Shown piece after piece: positions 36,436 to 47,906 of a stretch of 64,000 nucleotides of DNA. Within the stretch, counting starts at the first letter, position 1. The number at the start of each line of letters is the position of its first letter. The DNA comes from Lepidodermella squamata (lineage: Eukaryota; Animalia; Gastrotricha). The notes beneath the pieces are model-generated. The model made no database searches. It saw only the letters and a list, made by a program, of their open reading frames with translations, and had not been told where the DNA came from. The stretch is from the NCBI GenBank assembly GCA_047495785.1, contig JBLDXI010000073.1:310001-374000 (forward strand), read 5' to 3'. A program made the position numbers and the translations under genes.

Positions 36436-38424
36436 CTAAGTGTAGCAAACAAAGATTTAAATTCCTGAATTACTGAAAAAGAAACTGAAGCAAGTAATTA
36501 GTTGGAAACTGGAGAGGAACCGGCACTTAACCAATAAACGTTCTCCGTTCTCCGGCACGTGTATCGCCTTGATACTTATATAAATCCCTGGTTAGATGTC
36601 ATTTTCTACGAGTAGGGAAATATGAAAGTGGCAACTTTCCTTGTACTCTCGTAATACAAAGTTTGCCGCAGTTTAACGAGGCTTCAACGACAAAGCTTCC
36701 TAAAACGTCGCAAAAAACGGCAAGCAAGATCCACGGTAAGAACTAAGAACACGCTAAACGCTAAATAACGCTGCAGTATAATCACGGCAAAAAATAAGTG
36801 AAAGCAATGTTTCCGTACGGTCACCGATGTTAAAACTTGCCATTCCAAACTGGTACTTGGGTGGGCTACGGTCTGATAGTTTTGATCCGTAAAAACACGG
36901 TAAAATTTTATCAAGTTGGCTCGGGACCAAAAAGGAAAAAGACGGCACATTTGATTGAAATGACAGCTCGTAAAACAACGAAAAATGCGCGGCAACGACA
37001 GCGGCAAAACCCACGGTTAAAAAGGCTTGCTATCCACACCGGTGATCTCATTAATACGTCCGAATATCCGCACTATAGCAAAGCTGTAGGTTGCCAAGCT
37101 TGCCATCCTTGTTGGTGCACGTTTAGTGCCACTATTAGGGTAACGCCATTAGCTAGGTACTGCCGTTGCACGATGTTTTGGTGAGGTTACTGCTAATCTT
37201 GATCGCGGTATCGCGGCATTTCAGAGCAGTTCGAGACCGTCCCAGCAGTGTAAAGATAGAACTATGTACTAGTATTGCTGTCATCAGCCAGGTTCCCCCC
37301 GGCGCTACTGCATCAGCAAAGCTGTTTGCTGTGGCCATTTTTCAATCACGCACCGTGCCGGTAAAGCGGAACAATGGAATTATTTAGATCGAGTGATGCA
37401 GATAACACCGTGTTCAGCCTATTTTTGACTATCCCCAGATTACCAAACTATCACCTTGATAAGCTGATAATGGTGAAAACCGCACATTTCTATCTATCAC
37501 CGTTAGGAAGGTTTTTAGGGTGGGCCACTGCCTAAATAACCGCACCTATGCTGATCACCCTGGAACGCTCATAATCGTGCGCAGTAAACATCATAGCCTA
37601 TTTTGACTACGCGGAATCGATTGGTTTTATCTCGATGCCAATGGCTCGAATACCCCTTTTCGCTGTTCCGCACTTACCTGCCTAGGGACTGGAAAGCGCA
37701 CTCTGTGTTTGAGGAGGGACAGGCGCAGGAGGGGCAGTATCGCACCTATTTGAGTATTACCTCAAAATGCTCCCCATAAATCAGGCTACCTGGTGATAGG
37801 TAGACCATTATACTTCCGTTTTGCAGGTCAAAGGTCACACGTGAACAAAACGTGTGATCGAAACACTAAACTTTTAAGTTGTTGCTTGCTGTTAAGTTGG
37901 TGGTAGTTTCGTCATTTCGTCATTTCGTCAATTCCAAAACTTCCAAAAGACTGAAGAAACTTAGAAAAATAAAAGAAATGATGTGAGCAAGATTCGAACT
38001 ATCAACCTCTGGTTTCGAGTGCTAGTGCTTGACAACAATCAAACAGTTGTTTTTCCGAAAATTTGATGGGTGCATACGAAAAACCGCGCTCTGGCGTGGT
38101 CTATGCTAGAAGGTGCTTCAAACTGCAAACCGCTCAGCTAGGTAAATTCGCTACATATTTTAGTGCAGATGATCCTTAACAATTGTGTTCCGACTTAACG
38201 GGTGTTGCCACTTGCCTCCTTTTACCCTTCATGTCAGAAAAGAAGTGGGCACAAAGAGGACAAAGTCTGAGACAGTTCGCGGAAGACACTAGTGGGAAGG
38301 CAGAGGGATGGAATTATCACCAGCTGATGATTTATCGGCAAATAATAAGGATAAATTGTAATTTGCACTTGAGTAAAGAAAATTCAGGAATAGAAAGATG
38401 ATAAATCTGCGTGATTTCATTGAT

Positions 38425-41400
38425 TCAACAGGATGACTTTGCTCGACTTGCTCCTCGCGACCTCAGCAAATCGGCCGTGGCTGTATAATTTTTACAAATC
38501 GCCATATCGAGAGCTGCGCTGCCGGCTGAATTTTTGACATCCTTATTTGCACCTCTATCCAGCAACAGGCGAACTACTTCGACTTTTCCATTCGCAGACG
38601 CAATCATCAACGCCGTTGAGCCTTCAATATCCTTGGCCTCGATATTAGCGTTGCGATCCAGCAACAGTCGAACTACTTCGGCCTGCCCTAACTCAGCCGC
38701 AAGCATCAACGCCGTATAGCCATTTTTGTCCCTGGCGTCGATAGCAGCGTTGCGCTCCAGTAACAGTCGGGCGACTTCCACTTGCCCAGTCCCAGCCGCA
38801 TACATCAACGCCGTCCAGCCATTTTTGTCCTTGGCGTCGATAGCAGCGTTGCGCTCCAGTAACAGTCGGGCGACTTCCACTTGCCCACTCTCAGCCGCAC
38901 ACATCAACGCCGTCCTGCCATTGTCATCCGTGGAATTCACATCAGCGCCACGATTTACGAGCAGCTGAGCAATTTGGAATACCTGATCTGATTGCAACTG
39001 TTTGCACGTAACACTGTGAAGCAGGGTGCCATTCGCAGTAATAATTTCTTTTGTTGCGCCAGTTCGGGTCATACCTGCCGCCAGTGGATTCGTCGATCTC
39101 CGCAACGAGTTGCCGCACCTGCGGAACGTCGGCCGTAGAGGCTGTTGCATTCCACAACTGCTCGTACACTTCAGTGAGCTAAACGCAAGAACAGGCATAC
39201 ATCAGCCAGTTGAGATTCATGCAACTCGTGCAACTCATGCACTTTGTTGATCTTCCAAGAAAACATACAGGTCTTTGCTGCCTCGAGACGCAAAGACCAG
39301 GCTGAGACCAGGTTGCGTTAGAGAGGCACGTAATGAAAGCATTTCCTCGAATCTCAAAATTCAGGCTGCATGATATGCTTTGGTTGGATCCGACGCTTGC
39401 TGGACCAGGGGATACATATATCCGTTTAGAATTGTGGGTGGAGATCCACAACCTATATGCGAAGATTATCTTAGAAGAACGAGCTTATATGAACTGTTAC
39501 CTACTTGACGGGTTGCACCTTCCATTAATCACCGGTCGAAATGGAGGTAGGCAAGTGGCAAAATTGACAGAGGTGGAATATGTATAACCAGGGTTGCATT
39601 TAACGCTAACAGCCGCCCCTTTTTCCACTGGAGTTCCAGGCCCTAGAACTTCGCCAGTATCTTCTGAAGTTTCCGGATCCACGCGGGACACAAATCCCCT
39701 GGATTAGTAGGGTACTGGGCAAGACTGCGCCGGGGTACTTGTCTGGCTGCGAACATCTGTGTTGTCTGATATCCAATCTAGAACCTTACAGACTCTGCTG
39801 TAGATGCCTGGAGTGTATCCTTTACATGACTCATCCCCATTGGATATTATGCCGAGAAGGTAAGTCTTCCTCGATTGCGAACACATGAGAGGGCCCCCAG
39901 AATCACCGAAGCAGACGTCGCTGTCATCGGCGGCTAAACACATCTTCGAGTCAGTGATAGTGACCGGATCTGAGCGGCCGCGGGAATACTCCAACGAGCA
40001 ATTTTGGTAGGATCGAACTTGAAGATCCAGCTTTCTCGGGATCTCAGATAGTCTCGCTAAAACACGAGAAAGAGATACAATATGTTTTCGATTTTCAAGA
40101 TCAATGATCAAAGTCCGCTTGGTCACATGGGATGAACAGCTAGTTCTGGGGTTGTGCTTTTTCCGTTGTTTCGTTGTTTCGTATATTTTCGTCATCTCAC
40201 AAAAAAATTGAAGAAAGAGAACAATGTAGCAAAGGAGGATTCGTACCCGGGATCTTAAGGATTCGAACCATGGGTTGGGGGTACTATACAATGGGAGCCT
40301 TCCGATTCTAAACTGATTCAAAACTGAAAACGCTTTTATTTGTCTTTTTTTTGTTTCGTATATAAAATTGCCTGAAGATTATGACCACCACGACTTGCCA
40401 CTATTGTGCAGTGGTCCAGAGTCCAGAGTTCGAAAACTCTTTTTGCTTTATTTCTTCTGTTTCGTCGTTCGTTTTTTCTTATTGCTATTTCATTTTTTAA
40501 CGTTCACTTTTTAAACTCGAATGTTTTTGCATTTGCAGTAATCTAAGGCTTTAAGAGGTCTCTTGTATCAGACTAAAAAAATATTGAACGAGATTGGGTT
40601 CGAACCTCGGCCGCCTTCCATCACTCAGTGATTTTCACTTTTAAGCAACAGAAGGCAACTGTTTTTTTGTTTTCACTATTTAGTTCATATTTTTTCTTTG
40701 ATGTGAGACTTTTTCTATCAAGTAAAAATTCGGGGAGGGGGTTTGGTGATGTTAAAGTACGAAACATACTGTATGCAAAGTGACCCCAACCAATCGCCAC
40801 CGCTGAATCGCATCCATCGATCGAATTCGCGGTGGTGGCGTTGGTTCGGCACATTGTAGCCGCGTCGGGTAAACAAATCGGTTTATCTGCTGCGAGAATC
40901 TTGGAACTGGGGTCGTCAATCGCAGCAGTGCGAAATCAAAGTCGTAGTAGTTCTGACTCCCGTTGTACAGCGGATGGACCAAAGCAGGCAGCGACACTAC
41001 AGACTCGTAAGAGCCCGCCTCAGACCTCAAACTGATATTATGGCGACCCAGCATCGCTTTTATCCTAAATAACAGGCCGAAAATAACATGGGAAATAGGG
41101 AAAGGACCCACAAAATAGGGGTTTCCCCGTTATTCCAAACGCAATGAGCAGCAGTGATCAGCCATTGCTTCGAGATGAGGGAAGCTCCGCAGTAAGACGC
41201 CGACGATTCGCCGATTCTGTATATCTCAATGAGGACCTGCGACAAACATCCTGTTTCTGTACAATTACATCGAAATGAAACAGACCAGCCATGGGTAATC
41301 GTGCGGTCCTGCTGGTTGACTGCCAGGACCTTTTATTTTGGTTGCTGTAGGGTTCTCAGCGCCGCATTCGAAATTATCTTGACTACTAACGACTACTCCG

Positions 41401-41447
41401 GATGCTAGCGAAAGGAAGACGATTGTTGAAGCTATTGCGTGGCGCAT
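38425..41447 (-). pseudogene. paralogue of the protease-CCP-CCP-ANK gene with inactivating lesions (~6 ANK)
   Basis: Same six exons (ATG 41447, ANK acceptor at 39179); 1-bp deletion at ~40884, in-frame TAA at 39706-39704, frameshift at ~39040. Confidence 0.85.
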
Positions 41448-42119
41448 TTTGAAATGGAAGAAAAACCAACAAAAACTTGATAAGACTTTCTTCGTGTGCG
41501 CGTGAACGTGCAACTTTTTTCAGAGTGTATTTTTGTATAGTACTTATTTTGTTAAAATTCGTGTTTTCCTCCGTTTTTGAAGGGGTGTGCACAAACAGGC
41601 GAGAAAAAAGTGTAAGTGAAAAGAGCAATGTTTGACGCCGTGCAACTGTTTTTTCCTTGAAAAACCAATAGGCCAGATAGCTCGACTGTTTGCCCATCTG
41701 GCGCCTTAGTACCCCTTTAGGGGTGATCTTGAGTCATCTTTGCGTTTCCATCTTGCACCGAAGCTTCGAGGCTGCCAGCCATGCGGGTCGCAAGATGTTG
41801 TTGAAGTTTTACGCAATCGTCTTTAGACGGATGCAATCTTTCCTTGTTTTTCTTAACTTAGCAATCTCCTTAGTAACGACATACGAGTAGGAATCAAATT
41901 TCACATCGAAACCTGATTGCGCAATAACTTGTTTATTACCTTGAGACGAAATTTAGCTCAAAACTTGTTTGAGAAGCAAATGATTGATATACATGGGAAA
42001 ATTCAAGACTCTGCAATGAAACGCAAACAGAAACAATGATCAAAACAACAGCGATATTTTAGAATTAGAAGCTTCCAAGGTTGTTAAAATCAGTATAATA
42101 ATTGTAAACAACTGAGTGT

Positions 42120-44777
42120 TTAATTTCGCTCGGGTACTGATAAACGCAAACCGCCCTCCTCGGGCTGTGGGGCATCTGCAGCGTTGCATTGAACTGCTGG
42201 CTCGACGATTTCCGGAGCAGGACCAACCAAGACCGGAGGAGCTACAGCAATCGAATCTTTCGTCGTTTGATACGGAGTTACGATAGTTCTTTGCTGCAGC
42301 GAATCTCCAGCATTATTGACCGATGCATTTTTCGGGATAACATTCGCCCCTCCATTCGCCTTGAGAGCATTCCAAAAAACCGCGAGGCTAATCAAGCCAG
42401 AGTAGATTATCGAAACAAAAGCTAGGGCTATCGCCTGAGAATTCCCAGCCGACATTCCGCCAGATTCGAGTAAGAACTCAATCGCAACCGAGCACGCAAA
42501 CATTGTGAGCGAAAGCGGGACTGCGACCATGTACGGCTTGATCACGTCCAAATTCGCCATAACTCGCTGCCGCATATAATTACGAGTCGAAATCGTCAAA
42601 TAAACAGACCAAGACACAATCGCGATATTCAACCCGATTTGTGTCGCTAGGAAGTTCAGCATATTCTCAGACTGGCATGAAACCCTTCGAATTTTCGAGA
42701 AGGTATCCGTATCCAAGTTGTAAGTCGCTACAGTTCTCTCCGGATCTTCAACCACCTCGCCCAATCCGTCGTATGCCAGCCAAACTATCGTAACAATCAA
42801 ACTCATCGTTACCAAAATCGCCGTGATAGTCAGAACATAAGGATCACTCAGTTCGATGAGAACTCGCTTCGGCGCGAAACTAACGACAGACATCATAGAC
42901 ATTGATGACATTGTAGAACGAGGGCGGCGTCTTCGGCTTTTCTTCGAAGCGTTCGACTTACTAGCAGCAGATTTCTTACTAGCAGCCAACGCGTCTCGAT
43001 ATCGATTCCTCGCCCTGTATCTCAACTCATTCAAAGCATGTTTCGCCGACATGATCGAACTCATGATAGTGCTGTTAAGTAGGGTTAGCCCCGTTGATAG
43101 GAAGAAAACCTGAAGTTGGCAATACGACGAGCCGCCCTGTTGGACTAGGAAAATCGCGCCAAGGTCGATCATTAGGAATCCGAGGAACAAAACGAAAGGA
43201 ACCGGCAATAGCTGGCCTGAATCTCGCCTCATAATCAGGAAGGACCGAAAAGCTAGGCATAACTGCACGACTATCAGCCAAATCGAACTAACAATCACTG
43301 CGGATGAGATTGCCTGAGGTGTAACTCCTAGGGTGACTTCAAGGGTCGCTGTATCTTTCGGAAGTTTCCAGGGGATCTCAGCTACCTCTTCAAGAAGGAA
43401 CGAGCTAACGTTGTAACAAGTTGTAGTCTCGGATCGGCAGGTAATTTGGTGCGATACGACTAGTTTTTTCCTCTCAGCCGACCAATACGTAACGAATTGA
43501 GGCTCGTAGTCATACTCAAGCCGCGATGAGTATTTGAACCTACCGAATCGAAGGTTGTTGAAATCAACATTCGCCGCACTTCGATTCGCGGCTAGCATAA
43601 CCTCTCTAGGGTTCGTTTTGAAGTCTCTCAGCGACATATTTCGCTTCTGGAGTGACGTCTCAGTATCATTAAGGATGATTAAAGCCGTAAGTAGGCGGTC
43701 GTAGCACAAATGACGGAAATCGTAATCAGCAGTCACCGTTCCGTTAGTGAAATTCGTGAATAAGACCTCGAAATCTCGAACAGTATGGCCTAGGGCTGAT
43801 CGGCCAGACATTGGCTTCAAAATATCGAGCGGACTCCCGATGAACAGTGAAATTTTAAATTGCTCGATGATTATGCTTCGATTACACCCCGGGTAGATCT
43901 CAAACGGCACCGTGTAGATATCGACGTAGGCGAAAAATTGGAAAATGAACATGTATCTATTGCCGGTCATGCCGAATTTGTACGCCTGGCATAGGAAACG
44001 AAGCCCGGCCGAAGTTTCGGAGGATTCCATGGTGAAGATACGGATGTCGCGTGACTTGAGACTACTCATCACGTCATCGTTGAAGTCGAGACTGCCCTCG
44101 TAGGCTAGGACTTTGAACCCGTTTTCCACGGCCATTTTGTTGAAGAGGGTTGCTACGTCGAAATTGAACGAATTCGCGTTGTTGAATGTGATGCCTAACG
44201 ACCGGATGTTCGTCGCCATTTTCAGCCACGTCAGTCGAGCGTATAGGATTATTTCAACCCCAGCCCTAATTCGGTACATATTAGGGTTGAGGCCTCGTTT
44301 CGCTGTTTGAACTGGAGCCGTGCAAGAGCCGCCAATCGTCAATCGGTTGAAGTATTGGACAGTCGATCCCCAGGACTTGCAGCCAGCATTAAGCATCGGC
44401 CCCATGCTGACCGGGGCTGGGATGAGGTCTTCCTCCTGAGAAGCTTCGATTCGCCTGACGTAGTCGATCGCAACAGCCATTGTGTAGAACGAGTTGACGG
44501 CTTCGTTTTGGAAATCTAGGACGATGTGGTAGTCGGGTAGGATGTCCAGGCGTTGGTTGACGATTTCAGTCACCATTTCTTGCGAGGCTCGGCACAGCAT
44601 GTTGTCACGCGGGCTGTAGCCAGTGAACAGCATCATTGAAAGTAGAGAGAGCCGATAAGGCTTGATCCGGGTCGAATTCACGGATTGGGATTCCGAAACT
44701 TGAAAATTTAACAGGAAGATTAGACACCCTGCTGTTACTGCTAGGGTGAAGGTACGGATTTTACTTTCGTATTTCAT
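42120..44777 (-). CDS. intronless class C GPCR, GABA-B-receptor-like (~885 aa)
   Basis: Signal peptide, Venus-flytrap domain (VNQRLDILPDY), no Cys-rich domain, 7 TM, ECL2 CQSEN. Confidence 0.82.
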   Translation of the reverse strand: MKYESKIRTFTLAVTAGCLIFLLNFQVSESQSVNSTRIKPYRLSLLSMMLFTGYSPRDNMLCRASQEMVTEIVNQRLDILPDYHIVLDFQNEAVNSFYTMAVAIDYVRRIEASQEEDLIPAPVSMGPMLNAGCKSWGSTVQYFNRLTIGGSCTAPVQTAKRGLNPNMYRIRAGVEIILYARLTWLKMATNIRSLGITFNNANSFNFDVATLFNKMAVENGFKVLAYEGSLDFNDDVMSSLKSRDIRIFTMESSETSAGLRFLCQAYKFGMTGNRYMFIFQFFAYVDIYTVPFEIYPGCNRSIIIEQFKISLFIGSPLDILKPMSGRSALGHTVRDFEVLFTNFTNGTVTADYDFRHLCYDRLLTALIILNDTETSLQKRNMSLRDFKTNPREVMLAANRSAANVDFNNLRFGRFKYSSRLEYDYEPQFVTYWSAERKKLVVSHQITCRSETTTCYNVSSFLLEEVAEIPWKLPKDTATLEVTLGVTPQAISSAVIVSSIWLIVVQLCLAFRSFLIMRRDSGQLLPVPFVLFLGFLMIDLGAIFLVQQGGSSYCQLQVFFLSTGLTLLNSTIMSSIMSAKHALNELRYRARNRYRDALAASKKSAASKSNASKKSRRRRPRSTMSSMSMMSVVSFAPKRVLIELSDPYVLTITAILVTMSLIVTIVWLAYDGLGEVVEDPERTVATYNLDTDTFSKIRRVSCQSENMLNFLATQIGLNIAIVSWSVYLTISTRNYMRQRVMANLDVIKPYMVAVPLSLTMFACSVAIEFLLESGGMSAGNSQAIALAFVSIIYSGLISLAVFWNALKANGGANVIPKNASVNNAGDSLQQRTIVTPYQTTKDSIAVAPPVLVGPAPEIVEPAVQCNAADAPQPEEGGLRLSVPERN

Positions 44778-45530
44778 TTTGAAAAGTAAGTTTGACCTTT
44801 GAAAGGTTGGAAAATTGAGTAGAGCGAAATATATGCACCGACGTATATGTCTTGAATATTGCACTCTCAAATGTAACGCGTTTTGTCTTTGAGAATCAGA
44901 TTTAATCAGCTAATGCTCGTTACGAGGTCTGAACAGAATTCAAAGCCGTCTTAACGATAAGTAGGAAATCAATTGAACTAATTTAATCACAGAAAAAGCA
45001 GCTGCAGTGACGATTATAGAAAAAGTTGCCTAATTGGAAAGATTGTCTCTCGCATTTGCCCTGCGGTTGTGAGCTTCTAAAGAGAATAAGTCTCCCCGAT
45101 CAAAGTCCACAAGGCAGTGTCATAGTAATGCCATCCCATTAGGAGATTGAAAGTTCATGCCTCTCAGACATTTACCACTGACAAATGATACGGGATTGAA
45201 TGTGTTCCTTTTACTTCTGTTCTAAGGAAGGACAGACTCCTCCTCAGCTAGAATTTTAGTCCGCGAAGTTCAAAAGGATAAAATAACCTCAGGTGGAGCC
45301 CAAATACCCAACAAACTACAGGGGAACTTTATGGTCCTTTTACGTACCCGAAAGTACCCCCAAGCGATCCTACTTCAGAAACATTTGCTTTTTGTACTTT
45401 GAATTTAAGATAATGTACAGATTGTTACGCTATGAAGGAAACAACAATTGAAGATTGCAAGACTTCAACTTTATTTGAACCGAACTTTCAAGGTACTCAT
45501 TATACTGAATCCGTTTAGTTTATTCGAGAT

Positions 45531-47431
45531 TCAGCGCCTTGCTCCTTTCGATCGCAGGAACTCAACAATAGGGGTGTACTTCTTCTCCGTCGCAAACTTG
45601 AGTGCCGACTCGCCATGAGGCCCTCGAATCGTCACATCAGCCCCGAGGCCAATCAATTTCTCAACAACCGGCAAATTGCCATTCCCAGCCGCGTACATCA
45701 GCGGCGTGAAACCAGTTTCCTTATCAATCGCATTTACATTAACGCCACGCTCCAATAGGACCAAAGCTCCCTGGGTGTGGTTACCCTTCGTAGCCCAGGT
45801 CAACGGAGTGCCAGTCGCAGATTCGGCCTCAACATCAGCCCCCTTCTCGAGTAGGTACTTCAAAGTCTCAGGGTAGGCCGTGGCATAATGAAGGGCTGAT
45901 CTACCATCAGAGTAACCAGCCTTATTATTGATATCAGCCTTTGCCTCCAGCAGGACTACAACAGTCTCGTAACTGCCCTTACTAGCCGCATGCATCAAAG
46001 CAGTCCGACCTTCACCGTCCTTCGCATCAGGGTCAGCGCCCTTCTCCAGGAGCTTCGCAGCAATCCTAGCGATATTACACCTAGCAGCAGCCATTAATTG
46101 GGTAATACCCCCAGAAACCGTAGCCTTTAGATCGATAGCCAAATCCAACTTGTGTTCAATCAAATAGTTAGCAACATCGAACTTGCAGGACGTCAAAGTG
46201 TGGAAGAACGGAGTTTCGCCTCGGGAGTTCTTCGCGTTCAAATCAACGTTGAGATTGATCAACTCACGAACCAATTTCAAATCGTTAGCTTCAAGCGCGA
46301 TGTGGATAGCGTTGTTACCGTCATTCCGCGGCGTGTCCTTATTACATCTCGTCGCGCCGAGGATTTTCACGCATTCCAGATTCCCGGCGGTAACAGCTGC
46401 GAGAAAGGCAGTTGAGCCATCTGAAGATTTCGCGTCCAAATCGATAGATTGAGCCCTCAGGAGTGTTTTAATCATGTTACAATGGCCGGACATAGCTGCG
46501 ATGATCAGCGGCGTGGTTTCGTCCCCTTTATGATGAACATTTGGGTTCGCGCCTCGGGTTATCAAAGGCTCGGCAATCCTTGTATCGCCATTCTTCGCGG
46601 CTAGATACAACAACGTGTCCCCGGTCGATTTTTCGATAGCGTTCGTATCAGCGCCTTTATTGATTAGGTACAATGCGATTTCGGTCCGTTTTCTCGACAC
46701 TGCGATTGAGAGGGGCGTCCCAACCTCGCCATCAGCCCCTAATTCAAGACTCGCCCCTGCATCGACCAAAAGTCGGACCAGCTCACTATCGCCGTTTTCA
46801 ACCGCGAATGCCAAGGCCGTTTTTCGGCCTAGTTTCGCCGAAATCGCGTTGACATTCGCCCGTCGAGCCATTAGAGCCATAGCCACGTCTTTCGCTCGAT
46901 TCTCAGCCGCGATCATCAGAGCAGTTTGATCTGTGTCCAGCGTTTTCGATTCAATATCAGTTTTTCGTTTCGTTATCAGGAAATTCATGATAGCTAGGCG
47001 ATTGAATTTCGCCGCGAAATGAATCACCCTCCAGCCGTTTTTCGACAACTTCTCGAACAGAGCGTTGACGTTCATGAGAGCTTCGAAGCACGACATATGG
47101 CCCTTTTCTGCCGATATCATCAGGGCGGTTTTACCTTCGGAATCGGCGATATTGACGTCAGAAGCTCTTCGGCCCAGGATGGTTGCTAATAGGTCGCATT
47201 TCCCGTTTTCAGTCGCGATGATCAAGCAGCTTTTCCCGGCTGGGTCGATGTAGTTAACATTTTGGTCGGTCATAACTTTGGCTACATCTTCTGCCGAGCC
47301 ACTCCTGCAGGCCTCGAGTAAAGCTACATCAGCTGTTTTTACAAAGGTTCAAATGTTATTTTCACTTTAAATGGGATGAACATGCCTTTTGTTAGAATGG
47401 GTAGAAGAAGCAGCAGCGCCAATTTCATCAT
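45531..47431 (-). CDS. predicted secreted ankyrin-repeat protein (family 2); exons 47431-47386, 47332-45531
   Basis: MMKLALLLLLPILTKA signal joined via a 53-bp phase-1 GC-AG intron to DVALLEAC...; ~17 ANK; no TM. Confidence 0.8.
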
Positions 47432-47689
47432 TTTTTAAAGAAAGCTAACAAGTTGCTAGTTTTAGTGGGCTAAGCAGAGGTTTGCAGACCGGTGCGCGAA
47501 AATTAGTGATTCCGAACAGGATTCCACGTTAGTCTAGGCTTATAGACAGGTTCTATTCCTATCACGTCCCCCCATTTCAAGAGTGATCATAGCAAACCGA
47601 TTAGTCCAAAGTCTAACCCATGGTTCGATATTCTTATATTATGATAAGCCAGAGCTGGAGCCTTTTTGGCACCCTGAATTTAAGGTGTC

Positions 47690-47846
47690 CAGTGCGCGAA
47701 GTAGAATCCTCGAGCTAGGGGGTATTTTTTGGGCCCCAATTTTATGACCAAAAGGTCCCATCTGTGATTTTTTTGAGGTTTTTCAACTTTGGCCTGCCGA
47801 ACTGGGGGTACGATACCCCTCATTTTCCCCCGTTCTTCGCGCCCTG
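47690..47846. mobile_element. hAT-type MITE, same family as 25594-25757
   Basis: CAGTGCGCGAAGTAG / TTCTTCGCGCCCTG ends; TSD AAGGTGTC/AGGGTGTC. Confidence 0.8.
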
Positions 47847-47906
47847 AGGGTGTCCATGAATAGCTAGTGTAATCAACAAGATCCGCATTAAAAATTTGAA
47901 CTCAGT

